Shown here in pieces: positions 1 through 14,400 of a stretch of DNA of 64,000 nt. How positions within the stretch are numbered: position 1 is the stretch's first letter; every line of letters starts with the position of its first letter. This stretch comes from Lama glama (Eukaryota), in NCBI GenBank assembly GCA_028534125.1, contig CM052816.1, forward strand, positions 68,512,001-68,576,000, read 5' to 3'. The notes beneath the pieces were generated by a model. The model worked only from the letters and a program-made list of their open reading frames with translations. It made no database searches and was not told the DNA's origin. A program made the position numbers and the translations under genes.

Positions 1-114
1 AGTTTCACAGGTGAGTTTTACCACACTCTCATAGAACAAATCATTCCAATGTCATAAATTTCTACCAGGAAATAAGAAGAGAAATTATTCCCTAACTGAT
101 TCCACAGGACCAAT

Positions 115-1959
115 GAAAATGGAGTCTACAAAAACAGATGGAAAGATATATCATGCTGCTGGACTGAAAGAAATCAATATTGTTAAAATGACCATACTAT
201 CCAAGGCAATCTACAGACTCAATGAAAAATCTAACAAAATATCAAGGGCATTTTTCACAGAACAAAAACAAATAATTTTAAAATTTGTATGGAAAAACAA
301 AAGATCCCAAAGAGCCAAAACAATCTTGAGAAAGAATAACAGAGCTGGAGGAATCACACTCCCTGACTATACTACAAAGACTATACTACAGACTATACTA
401 CAAAGCTAGAGTAACCAAAACAGTGTAGTACTGGTACAAAAACAGACATATAGATCAATGCAACAGGATAGAGAGCCCAGAAATAAACCTACTCACTTAT
501 GGTCAATTAATCTACAACAAAGAAGTCAAGACTATACAGCGGAGAAAAGATGGTACCTTCAATAAGTGGTCCTAGGAAAACTGGTCAGCTACATGTAAAA
601 GAATGAAATTAGAACATTCTCTAATACCATATACAAAAAAAACCTCAAAATGTATTAAAGGTCTAAATGTAAGACAAGATACTATAAAACTCTTATTAGA
701 GGAAAATATATCAAAAGCATTCTTTGACATTTATCACAGCAATATTTTTTTGGATTCATCTCCTAGAGTAATGGAAATAAAAACAACAACAACAAATGGG
801 ACCTAATTAAAATTAAAAGCTTTTGCACAGCCAAGGAAACCATAAACAAAACAAAAAGACAATCTATGGAATGGGAGAAAATATTTGCAAATGATGTGAC
901 TGACAAGGGCTTAATTTTCAAAATATACAAACAGCTCATACAGTTCAGTATCAAAAAGCAAACAACCCAATCAAAAAATGGACAGAAGACCTAAACAAAC
1001 ATTTCTCCAAAGAAGACATAATTGGCCAACAGGCAAATGAAAAGATGCTCAACATTTTTAATTATTAGAGAAATACAAATCAAAACTACTAGGTATCTCC
1101 TCACACTGGTGAAAACAGCCATATCAAAAATTCTACAAATAATAAATACTAGGGAAAGTGTGGAGAAAACAGAACCCTCCTTCACTGCTGGTGGGAATGT
1201 AAATTGGTGTAGTCACTATGTAGAACAGTATGGAGGTTCCTTAAAAAAAACTAAAAATAGAGGTACCATATCATCCAGCAATTCCACTCCTGGGCATATA
1301 TCTGGAAAAAAATGAAAACTCTAATTTGAAAAGATACATGCACCCCAATGGTCATAGCAGCACTATTTACAATAGTGAAGACACAGACAGATGAATGGGT
1401 AAAGAAGATGTGGTATCTATCTACATATATATTATATATTTACTTAAATATTATTTATATAATTTATTTATATATTATATATATAAATACACACACTGGA
1501 ATATTACTCAGCCATAAAAAATGAAATAATGCCACCTGCAGCAACATGGATGGATCTAGAGAGTATCATACTAAGTGAAGTCAGTCAGACAAAGACAGTT
1601 ATCATATGATATCACTTACATGTGGTTTCTTAAAAAATGACACAAATGACCTTATTTACAAAACAAATAGATTCACAGACACAGAAAATAAACTTATGGT
1701 TACCAAAGGGGAAAAAAGAAGGATAAATTAAGGAGTTTGAGATTAACAGATACACACTACTATACACAAAATAGATAAACAACAAAAACAGAAACAACAA
1801 AGATCTACTGTATAGCACAGAGAACTATATTCAGCATCTTATAATAATCTATAATGGGAAAGAACCTGAAAAGAATATATATATGTATAACTGAATCACT
1901 TTGCTGTACACCTGAAACTAATACAATATTGTAAATCAACTATACTTCAATAAAATAAA
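115..1959 (+). mobile_element. 5'-truncated LINE-1 (ORF2 C-terminal part + 3'UTR + A tail)
   Basis: Frame fragments such as INIVKMTILSKAIYR and ILRKNNRAGGITLPD are L1 ORF2. Ends GTAAATCAACTATACTTCAATAAAATAAA. Confidence 0.93.
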
Positions 1960-3074
1960 GGCAAGATCTTAGAATCAACAGCAATTGTTTTAAGCTCAAG
2001 AAACAGACTAACATATCCTTTACTCAACAAACTGAAGTTTCTGTATACTCTTCCCAAGACTTCCTGTCTCTGTTAGAAATCAGAATACTCCTGAATAGAG
2101 GATTGGTGCCTTGAAGGGAGAGATAGGAGAGCTTGTAGGTTTCTGCTTCAATGCACTGTTTATTGATCTGGGTACTGGTAAAGGAGTGTTCAGCTCATGA
2201 AAATCCAGAGCTATGTATGTTTATCATGTGTAATTACTCAATTAAAAATACTGAATCTGTGTATACACTATGCTTCAATAAAAAAAAAAAATTTAAAAAG
2301 AAGAACCTGGCCTGGCCTAGACATTTCTGTGGACAAATTCTACTGAACTTGCAATAAGTAGGTAATTTTCATATTCCAGAGCTTATCTTTTAAAAAGATG
2401 AAATGCTTGAAAACAAAATCAAATGAGAACAACATGAGAAAAGAAAACAACAGGCCAATCTTACTGCATCATTGAAAAAGTGCTAACACCTAATTTCATC
2501 CAATATTGCAATAAAATAGCTATGTTCATCCTAGTAACAAACTTATCCTAGGAATATAAAGTTAGTTCAAGTCTAAAAACAAAAATTATTTCCCTACATT
2601 AACAAGTTTAAAGAAGAGGGATAACAGAAATCAGTAATTCCAAAAAGAGCACTGGCTAACCTTTAACTGCCATTCTGGTACAAAACTATATCCAAGCAGA
2701 AATGAAAAGAAACTTTCTTAGCATGGTAAAAACAAACAAACAAAAAACAAAAGCCCACAATTAACAGAAACCTAAAGCAAACATCATCCTTTAATTATAA
2801 AAATTGCGGATTATTCCCACTGAAATGAGGAAAAGCCTATATTGCTGGTTATTTCCACTACTATTCAATGAATGGTAGATTTATCCAGTGCTTTAAGACA
2901 AAAAAAAAAAAGAACAAAATTGTGTAAAGATGAAATCCACATCACACTTCAAGAAGGAAAAGAGACTGCTTAACAGATGGTGCTGGGAAAATTGGGTTAC
3001 TATCTGCAGAAAAAAGTCTCTATTTCACACCATATTCAAAAGGATAGATTTAGTTTTACATTTAAAAATTGTTG

Positions 3075-5345
3075 AGATGAGGGAACTTACTGAACTTCAT
3101 AAAGAATAGCTACAAAAACCCTACAACTAACATCATACTTAGTAGGGAGAAACTCAAAGTTTTCTCACTAAGATCAGGTATAAAGCAAAGATGTACCATC
3201 TCATCACTCATTTTCAACATCATACTGGAAAATCTAGTTAATGTAATAAGGCAATAAAAGAAAATAGAAGGTATACATATTGGGAAGGAAGACATAAGAC
3301 ATAAAACTGTCTCTTTTCACAAATGACATGATCATCTATGTAGAAAATCCAAAAGAACTAACAAAAAAAAACCTTCTGGAATTAATACGTAATTTTAGCA
3401 GGATACAAGGTTAATATCCAAAGTTAACCGCATTCCTATACACCATCAATGAACAAGTAGAACTGAAATTTAAAACACACTACCATTTACATTACACACC
3501 AAAAATGGAATTATTAGGTATAAATATTTAACAAAATATATAGATCTATATGAGGGAAACTTCAAAACTCTGGTGAATAAAATCAAAGAACTAAATAAAT
3601 TGAGAAATAATTAAACATTCATAGACAGGAAGACTCAATATTGTCAAGGTGTTAAGTTCTTCTCAACTTGATCTATAGATCCCACAGGATCCAAACAAAA
3701 TTTCAGCAAGTTATATATTTTGTGGATTATCAATAAATTGATTCTAAAGTTTATGTGGAGTGACAAAAGCCCCAGAATAACCAACACAATATTGAAGAAG
3801 AACAAAGTTGGAGGACTGACACTATTCAACTTCAAGACTTACTATAAAGCTGTAGTAATTAAGACAGTTGTGTTGGCAAAAGAACAAACAGATCAACAGT
3901 ATAGAATCGCCTAGAAATAAACCCATACAAATATTGTCAATTGATCTTTGACAAAAAGCAAAGGCAATACAATGGGGCAAAGAAAGCCTTTTCAACAAAT
4001 GGTGCTGGAATAACTGAACATCCACATGATAAAAAAAATTGAATCTAGAATAGACAGTCCTTATATCCTTCACAAAAATTAACTCAAAATGGATCACAGA
4101 CCTAAATGTAAATGCGGAACTAGATAACTTCTAGAAGATAACACATGAGAAAACCTAGATGACCTTGAATATGCTAATGACTTTTAGATACAACACCAAA
4201 GGCATAATCCATGAAAGAAATAGATAAGCTGAATTTCACTAAAATTAAAAACTTCTCTGTGAAAGACAATGTCAAGAGAATGAGAGAACAAGCCAAACAC
4301 CGGGAGAAAAATATTTGCAAAAGACACATCTGATAAAAGACTGTTATCCAAAATAAACAACTCCTAAAACTCAACAATAGGAAAATCCAATTGAAAAATG
4401 AGCCAAAGACCTAAGAGACACCTCACCAAAGATAAAGAGTAAATAAGCATATGGAAAGATGCTCCACATGACTTGTCAGAGAAATGTAAATTCAAACAAT
4501 GAGATACCACTATATACCTATGAAAATGGCCAAAATTCATAACACTGACAACATCAAATGCTGGTGAGGATGTGCAGCAATAAGAACTCTCATTTATTGT
4601 TGGTGTAAATGCAAAATTGTACAGACACACTTTGGATGACAGTCTGGTTGTTTCTTACAAAATTAAACATACTCTTAACCATACTATCCTGCGCTCCCTG
4701 GTATCTACCCAAATGAGTTGAAAACATATCCACACAAAAACTGAACATGGGATGTTTACAGTAGTTTAATTCCTAATTGCCAAAACTGGGGTACAATCAA
4801 GATGTCCATCAGTATGAATGAACTTTTTAAAAAACTGTAGTACATTCAGACAATGGAATATTATTCATTACTAAAAAAATGAGCTATCAAGACATGAAAA
4901 GACTTGGAGGAATCTTAAATGCATATTACTAAGTCAAAGAAGCCAATCTTAAAAGGCTACACACCATATGATTCTAACTATATAACAATCTGGAAAAGGC
5001 AAAAAATACGGAGACAGTAAAAAGATCAATAGTTCCTAGAGTTGAGGAGAAAGCAGGGAAGAATGAGCTGAGAGCACAGAGGATTTTTCAAGGCATTGAA
5101 AATATTCTGTATGATACTATAATGATGGATACATGTCATTACACATTTGTCCAAACCCACAGAATATACAACACCATGTATCAATGTAGGTTCATCAATT
5201 GTAACAAATGTACTACTCTGGTGCTGGATGTTGATAGAAGGGGAAGCTGAGCATGTTGGGGGCAGGGATTTTATGGGAAATCTCTATACCTTCCCTTCAA
5301 TGTTGCTGTGAACCTAAAATTTCTCTAAAAATATTCAGTATTTTT
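3075..5345 (+). mobile_element. Older LINE-1 (L1MC-like) ORF2 remnant + 3'UTR
   Basis: [42 protein letters not shown] is L1 ORF2. 3'UTR motifs (GGAAAAGGCAAAA..GGAGACAGTAAAAAGATC, GATACATGTCATTACACATTTGTCCAAACCC) are typical of L1MC. Confidence 0.88.
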
Positions 5346-5589
5346 TTATTTTAAAAAATGATTAAGATGGTAAATTTTATGTTTATTTTTACCACAATTC
5401 AAAAAAACCCCAAAAAAACAAAAAACCACCTCTCCACTATAATTGAAGACCCATAGGCCAGGTGGACCAGAAAAACACTAATGTCAAAGAATCTTTTCAG
5501 GGAGCCCTGTATGTACACTCATACTGCGTACATTATGTCCTGATCTTGAACTCAAATAAATATGGCCACCATGAATTAAAAAAAAAAAG

Positions 5590-7150
5590 ACAAGTTCAGA
5601 ATAATAAAAGCTAAATATGAAAGGTGAAACTAAAGATAACTTAGGTGGTTACTTTTTTGACACAGAAGTAGGGAAGAGTTTCTTAACTGAAACTGTAAAA
5701 GCAAATCAGAAAGCAAAAAAATTAGTTTAAACGCTTCAAACTAAAAATTCTGATCAATAAGGAATATCAAATTAAAATTTTTGATCAGTAAGGAATGTTA
5801 TGTGCCAAGTTAAGAGATAATAAATGGAAGGAAATATTCACAAAATCTAAATCAGAAAAAAGTGTAAAATCTAGAACATCAGAAGAATGCCTACCAACCA
5901 ACAAGAGAAAGAGAGCAAGCCCAATAGAAAAATGGTCAAAAAGATGAATAAGCAACATACATAAGTGGAAACCCAAAAGGGTAACAAGCATATGAAAAGA
6001 CAGTTCAGCTCATAAGTAACCCAATAAATGCATACTGAAACAATGAGATTTTACTATATACTCAACAGAGTGGCTAAAAGAAAAAGATTGAATAATATTT
6101 TTGAAGAAGAATTAAAATGACCACACTTAGGCTAACAGATTGCTTACTTTAACACTTGCCCTTAAAACAGTCAACTAAACGGATTGACTACTCACAGCTC
6201 CAGGCCCATTGTTAAAACTAAAGGTGTTAATTTTAATGTTTCTACTTTATTCCAGTAATCGAAAGTAATAATCATGCTTAGTTTCTGAGCTGTTTTCCAA
6301 GGAGAAGGTCATGGAACTATAACCTCACAAAATATACCAAATTACCAAAAAGACCACGCCGTGGATTATTCCAAGATAAAAAGATTGAAAAAGTGACAAC
6401 TGCTAGCCTCTATAGAATTGGTCACCTGGAGACATCATGACACCACTCTAAGTCTTATGACAAGAAAATGATTCTGTTGATTGTTATCAATGTTTTATTG
6501 TTTGAGCTATGGCTATATAATCACCCTACCCCATCCCCAAGGTGGGTTCACAGTTTTGAAGGCACTAGCCTGCTGTGAGTCCTCTTTGCCTGGCAAAGCA
6601 ATAAAGCTGTCTCTTTTCTTCTATGCTCTAAGACCCTGTCTCTGAGTTTCAGTTTGGCTCATCAGGGACAGGGGCTGATCTTTTGGCAACAATATCAATT
6701 GTCAGTGGGACTATAAGAACTCTCATGTTCTACTGATGGGCATATAGATTGATAAAGCTATTCTGGAAAACAATTATTAAATATTTGGTCAAATTAAGTA
6801 CATATACACCTGATGACCCTGTAATTCCTCTACTGAATCCATTACCCAAAGAAATTCTCATTCAGACCCATAAAGTGATATGTGCAAGACTGCTCATTCT
6901 TGTGGTGGTGGAGGGGAACAGGAAATATAATCACAATGTTCATCATGAGGATAAGAAGGTAGACAAAACTTGGTGGTACTACATGCAGTAGTTAGAAATA
7001 ATGCAATCAATTATTAGTTAGTAATATATCTTAAACATAGTGGGAGGCAAGAAACAAGAATGAGATCTTTAGCAAAGCAACATTTTTCAAATTAAAAATA
7101 TAAGCACACAAAAAATATACACACATAACAACATATCTTTTAAAACACAC
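5590..7150 (+). mobile_element. Ancient L1M(E)-like 3' region, interrupted by the LTR at 6099-6691
   Basis: Degenerate L1 motifs (CCCAATAGAAAAATGG, CATATGAAAAGA, TGATGACCCTGTAATTCCTCTACT) continue across the LTR. Confidence 0.7.
6099..6691 (+). mobile_element. Solo LTR, ERV1-like
   Basis: Ends TTTTG (decayed TGTTG)...CAACA. 4-bp TSD ATAT at 6095-6098 and 6692-6695. TATA-like TATATAA near 6514, AATAAA at 6600-6605. Removing it rejoins the host L1. Confidence 0.85.
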
Positions 7151-8561
7151 AAAAAGAATGGCTCCTTCAGGGAAGCAGAGGAGTAAGAATTCCCTGACAG
7201 TTCTCGCTCACAAATAGCTAGCCTAGGAAGAATTCAAATCATTCAAAAATGGGTAAGAAAGAAATCAGCACAGGCAGCACAGGATCCGTACAATACAATG
7301 AGGAAAGAGGGAGAGAAGGATGAAACATGAAATGAAACAGAAAGCAGTTCAAAAAATTTAAACCCTCTAGAAAAGAACTAGATGATTCCTCTCTAGGGAA
7401 ACTGCTCTCCCCAACAAAACAGCCTAGCCTGGCTCAATCACTTAATAGTAGAACCCATTAGTCAACAAGCTGTGTCCAGGCAGAGAATTAGTTTCCTGTC
7501 AGCAATTTAATGTTCCACTCTTGAATACAAAAAGGCAGGCAAGGATCATCAGACTTTTCACGAAAGTCATCTATACAAAACATATACGGGAAAAAAAGTC
7601 TAAGAAACAATAAAGGGAACAGAGACAACATTCAAATTAAATTATAATAATCCTCGGAGGAAAAAATAAGAAAATTTCTCATCTGAGTGTCTTCTACAAT
7701 AAATATAGAAAGTCCCATATCAAGGTACATAATCATAAAATTTTTAAAATACTTAAGACAAAATAAGGTCCCAAAATCTTTAGAAGAGTTTAGAAAAATA
7801 GTAACATACAATGGGCCAGGATTCAGATAATTGAACTCAGCAGCATCACTAGAATTTCATGTACAGTGAAGCAGTTACAGTTTGGGGAGAGAATTATTTC
7901 CAACCTAGTTTTACTCTTAAACTATGAATTAAGTATGAAGGTAAAGACATTTGCAATCTCTTAAATTTACTTCCTATGCTTCCTTTCTCAAAATGCTGTA
8001 GAAAAATGGGTTCCTTCAGTGGGGAGGTGGAGGAATCAAGATAGAAACATGGGATTCAAGGAAAATGGAATGTGACACAGGAATGATGTGACGGATTATT
8101 CTTAAGATGAGACCCTAGAAAGCAGCAAGCCTCTACTGGAGAGGATGGAGGAATCAAAGAAAATGAAACTGATCACTGTATATGTGATAAAAACTAACTA
8201 TGAAGGTAGTTTGATGGATATCCATGCTTAGAAAGATGTGTCAAAAATCATAAACATAAATACTTACGAATGGATAGCTGTGTATCTGGCAGAGGGTTTG
8301 GAAGTGAATTAGCAATAGAAGCACAGATCAATTAAACAAAACAAAGTAATGATTAACCCTTGTAAAAAACAAAACAGAAGATTGAATAATAAAGGAAATG
8401 TAACCATAATATATTATATAGTTCTCATGTGAGTTATACAAAACCATGATATAAAAACTGAATACAGATTTTTCGCAAAAAGTGTGATAACTATAGAATG
8501 GGAAGGGAAGATGTGTGAGTGGTGTATACAGGGGGAAGGGGAGGAGCTAAATATTGGAATT

Positions 8562-8882
8562 AGAGGGGGATTGGATCCAGGACCCACCAAACCCCTAATC
8601 CCTTCCACTTATCGCTACTCCCAGGATACCAAAATCTCTGGATTCACAGTTCCCTTACATAAAATGGGGTAGTCTTTGCATATAACCTAACATCCTCCGC
8701 ATACTTTTAAAATCATCTCTAATCACACATAACACCTAAAACAATGTAAATACTATGTAAATAGTTGCCAGTGAAGGGCAAATACAAGTTTTGCTTTTTG
8801 GAACTTTCTGGTATTTTTTTTCCCAAGTATTTTTTATCCAGAGTTGGTTGATTCCACATATGTGGAACTCATGAATATGAGT
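8562..8882. mobile_element. MER2-like TcMar-Tigger DNA transposon fossil
   Basis: GGGGATTGGATCCAGGACCC...GGATACCAAAATC...TTTGCATATAACCTA...GTTGGTTGATTCCACATATGTGGAAC, recalled MER2 layout. Confidence 0.7.
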
Positions 8883-10282
8883 ACTCATGCTAAGTACCAT
8901 GCTAAGAAGTTAAATGAATGAGAGAGGGGGATTAAATGTCTTCAATTATAAGGAATGAAGTTACCACTTTACATTTTAAAACCAGGTAATGTCAATTCTC
9001 TACACTGAATTTTGAAAAGAATTACGTTATACCAATTGATTTAGAATGGTTTCCACAACTGTCATTAAAAGATGTAGTATTCCAGGGTTCCATTTCCATG
9101 AACAGATGATGAAAAGGAGTATCTCTAAATACAATCGTAAGATCATAGAAAGAGTGTGGAAGACAAGGGCAGGTAAGGAAATGAAAAGCAAGACAGGTAT
9201 TTATGAATACTTGTATATATATAAATACCTATGCGAAAAGGACCATGTATAAGTATGCCAGTGAAATACAATTATATATATGGCAATACATGCAGAAATC
9301 CAAAAGATCAGTCAAACTGTCAATGGTGGCTGAACCTGGGAGCCAAGATTTCAGATAATTTTCTTTCTTTTTACCTCTGTCTTAAAGGTTTTTACTTTTT
9401 TCGGTTTTTTGCTGTAACAATACTTAGGTATTGGCTTAGCAGAGCATTCATTGGCATAGTTCGTATTTCTGCAATAAGAAAATCTATTTTCATGAAAAAA
9501 ATTTACCTAAAAAAAGGGTTACCACAGTATTTGTTACTCAGGAAGTAAGTAGGCAATCTGTATTTTTCATTACTTGATTTTATTTCATTAGTCTGAACAT
9601 TCAAGATCTAATGATAAGAAAATTCTGGCTTTTAGTTGGTGGTTATTTCTATCTAGCTTCTTTAAGATTTCATCTAAAGGTAATGTTATACCTTAATATA
9701 CCAAACTTCCATTCCTTTATAAAAATTGTCTTTGACACCTCACAGAACAAAGTTGAAAAAAAAATGATCTATGCATATAGATGTGTTAGAAGTATGAATT
9801 CCTTTTACCTACTTGTCTTTTTGAATATTTCAGGTACACACATGCATGTGGTTAGCCTTTTATGGGGGTTTCAGCAGGCAGCAATTTCATAAACTTTTGA
9901 GAATCTGAATATTCAACATGTAACCACTGCATTTACATGTTTACTAAAGGTAAATGCATCTTGACAATAGCAAAAGCATCTCTTCTAAACTTAACTTCTT
10001 TCTATCAAGAGAATTACTCTGAACTTAAGGTGAACATGGGAATTAAATTTGTTTCAACGTGATGAACTCTCACTCTCAAACTTCCCTTCACATTTTAGAA
10101 ACTACCTCTCCATAGGTTTTTTTTTTCCCACTTTGGTATAGGCTTCAGTAAGCCAGTAGCTCTCTTGACTACAGAGTTTCACCTCATCCACTGATTTTTG
10201 ATGACAGAAATGATGAAACTACCTGATGTCACCAGGCCTTCTCTTCTTGCACTAGAGTAAGACTTTACAAAAGTAGTAGTTA

Positions 10283-10545
10283 CTCAAATTCATAGAGACT
10301 AATAGTAAAGTCACAGGAAATCAAATTTATGGAAAGTACATGGTGGTTGCCAAGAGATGCAGAGAGGTGCTGTCAGGGAGTTATTTAATGGATATGAAGT
10401 TTCAGTTTGGGAAGATGAAAAATTCTAGAAGTAGATGGTGGTAATGGCTGCACAGTAATGTGAATATACTTAATGTCACTGAACTGTACACTTAAAAATG
10501 GTTAAAATGGTAAATTTTGTGTTACCTGTTTTACCACAATGAAAA
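10283..10545 (+). mobile_element. L1MB-type 3' end fragment
   Basis: GTTTCAGTTTGGGAAGATGAAAA...ACTGAACTGTACACTTAAAAATGGTTAAAATGGTAAATTTT...TTTTACCACAAT. Confidence 0.8.
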
Positions 10546-11146
10546 CATTGTAGAAATAGTATTTCAGCCTGCTTTGGACTTCAACAAAATGAAAGACTAC
10601 TGCCATGAGTTTAACTTCCTAGCCCAAGTCCTATCACTTACACTCATCTTCCCACTCACATCAACTCTATAAAATACTTAGGCAACTCAGATAAAAACAA
10701 GTGATAGGGGAAAAACAGCAGCTCCTTTATCTTGATTTATTTCTCTTATTTGCCTAGGACTTCTCCTAAATTAGTTTTCAAATCCCAAAGAAACTCATAT
10801 CTTGAGGCTATGGCAGGTTGAGTTACCACCACTGCAAACTTACAGTCCGATTTCCTACTGTCTATGTCAGGAACCCTGAGAATTCCCTAGCAGCCTGAAA
10901 ACCAAACATGCAACTTCCAGTCTGGGCAAAGGTTTTACAGAAAAATCACTAGATCTAATGACACAGTCTATAGCATTACTCACTCTCCACTCTCCCTTCC
11001 TCTAGCCTGAGGTGGCCCCCATCCTAAAATACTCAAATCAGAATGAATTCCCACTAGGAAATTTTTAATATATCCTCCACAAGATGTCTACTAGTCTGTT
11101 CCTCATCCAGTGGGAAGCCCTTTCACCTTTTTGCCTTAACACATAC

Positions 11147-11207
11147 CTGATGATGAAGCTGGAGTCTTGTTAAAAGAGTCTCCATTTGCTCCAGAAGAAT
11201 ATCTTTC
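11147..11207 (-). CDS. DDX4: DDX4 exon 3 (ERYSSGANGDSFNKTPASSS + 1 nt)
   Basis: Minus strand reads TTCCTTCTTGCAG|GAAAGATATTCT...TCATCATCAG|GTATGT. 61 nt, in frame with exon 2, matches the DDX4 N-terminal region. Confidence 0.95.
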
Positions 11208-11419
11208 CTGCAAGAAGGAAGAAAAGACTAGTTTTCTACTTTGAATAGTAAAAATGCACCATGTATTTCACAAATACTAGAAAATTTTAACTGGACTTTG
11301 TTCAGAACAATTATAGAATGTAAGATTTTTCTGAGTCACTGAATTTTTTCTTTATTAATTACTCCAAAACATCTTCACTTGGAACATTATATGTAAAGCA
11401 TATTAATATATCACTTAAA

Positions 11420-11527
11420 ACAGTAGTCAACAAACTGCAGCCACAAGCCAAATTTGGCAGGCCACCAAATAAAGTTTTATTGGAACACAGCCGCTCTCAT
11501 TTATCTAGGTACATCTATTGCTGCTTT
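11420..11527. mobile_element. Truncated MER58-like hAT-Charlie element
   Basis: CAAACTGCAGCC...AATAAAGTTTTATTGGAACACAGCC..CTCATTT core. Confidence 0.7.
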
Positions 11528-12213
11528 TGTCTTTTTGAAGTAGGGTTCCTTTTGGATACATGCCCAGGAGTGGGACTACTGGGCCATATGGTAAGTCTAT
11601 TCCTAGTCTTTTGAGGAATCTAGTATGGAGATTTCTTTAAAAAACTAAAAATAGTTATCATATGATCCAGCAATCCCACTCCTGGCCATAAACCTGGAGA
11701 AAACTCCAATTCAAAAAGATACATACACCCCAGTGTTCATAGCACTATTTACAGTAGCCAAGACAAGGAAGCAACCTAAATGTCAATCAACAAATGAATG
11801 GATAAAGAAGTTGTGATATATATGTATACAAAAGAATATTACTCATCCATAAAAAAGAATGAAATAATGCCATTTGCAGCAACCTGGTTGGACCTAGATA
11901 TGACCATGCTAAGTGAAGTAAGTCAGAGAAAGGCAAAAATCATACTATATCATTTATGAAAATGTGGAATCTAAAATGACACAAATGAACTTACTTACAA
12001 AACAGAAATAGACCCACAGACACACAAAACAAACAAACTTATGGTTACCCAAGGGGAAGGGGGAGAGATAAATAAGGAGTTCACGATTAGCAGCTATAAG
12101 CTACTATATCCAGAATAGATAAACAAGGTCCTATTATATTGCACAGGGAAGTATATTTAACACCTTGTAATAACCTATAATGAAAAAGAATATACATGTG
12201 TGTAACTGAATCA
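11528..12213 (+). mobile_element. L1 3' region (11622-12213, plus strand) preceded by an inverted L1 fragment (11528-11621, minus strand)
   Basis: Plus part is the L1 ORF2 end and 3'UTR (GATCCAGCAATCCCACTCCTGG...GCAACCTAAATGTC...). The left part is the reverse complement of the same L1 segment. Confidence 0.85.
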
Positions 12214-12399
12214 AGGACTCCTATAACCACCAGAAGCTGGAAGAGGCATAGATTCCCTCCTAGAGCCTACAGAAGGAGAAAGCACTGCTGACACCTTGAT
12301 TGTAGCTTCTGGCCTTCAGAACCCAAGAGAAAATCTTCTGTTGCTTTAAGCCACCTAGTTTGTGGTAAATTGTTAAAGCAGTCATAGGAAACTAATACA
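12214..12399 (+). mobile_element. MLT1-type MaLR LTR 3' part
   Basis: CCACCAGAAGCTGGAAGAGG...GCTGACACCTTGAT...TTTAAGCCACCTAGTTTGTGG...GCAGTCATAGGAAACTAATACA. Confidence 0.82.
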
Positions 12400-12439
12400 C
12401 TGTACTTCTCCCTGTTACCCTGATACCCTAAGTTTGCTC

Positions 12440-12725
12440 CCTCCTCAGAACCTCTGCACATGATATCCTTTTGGGACTCCTTCAGGTCTCCAGCTCATGA
12501 GTCATTTGTCTCAGGTAAGCTTTTCCTCTCCACCTGATCTAAATCCACCCAACACACTTTCCTGATTTTTTTCCCACAGTACTTCTATTTATATTTGATT
12601 CTTGATGTGCTTATTCTGTCTCCCCCAGTAAAATACAACTTTCATAATCACAAGCCCCTATCAATCATGTACACTACTATCTCCAGCACCTGGGAAGGCT
12701 CAATAAAAATTTACTGAATGAATCA
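12440..12725 (+). mobile_element. L2 3' end fragment
   Basis: Ends CTCAATAAAAATTTACTGAATGAAT, the characteristic L2 terminus. Confidence 0.65.
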
Positions 12726-12939
12726 CAGGTCGTCACATTAGTTATTTTTAGAACACTTAGCTATAAACAATTTATAACCTCTACCCACCCAAATGAATCA
12801 ATTTAGACATTTCAAATATTTTAAACATAAAGGTTCTCATATGCAACTACAAATAACCTGTTTGCATTCTGGTGAACACATTTCTTTTTATCTTGTATGT
12901 ACGCTTATTATTTTTCAATTCTGGAACACCATACTTTTA

Positions 12940-14400
<1,461 letters not shown>

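Noticed and set aside
1..11146. Further DDX4 exons (EMDDGPSRRDH-like exon 4)
   Set aside because: No matching exon found; the interval is mostly repeats, so exon 4 probably lies beyond the window start.
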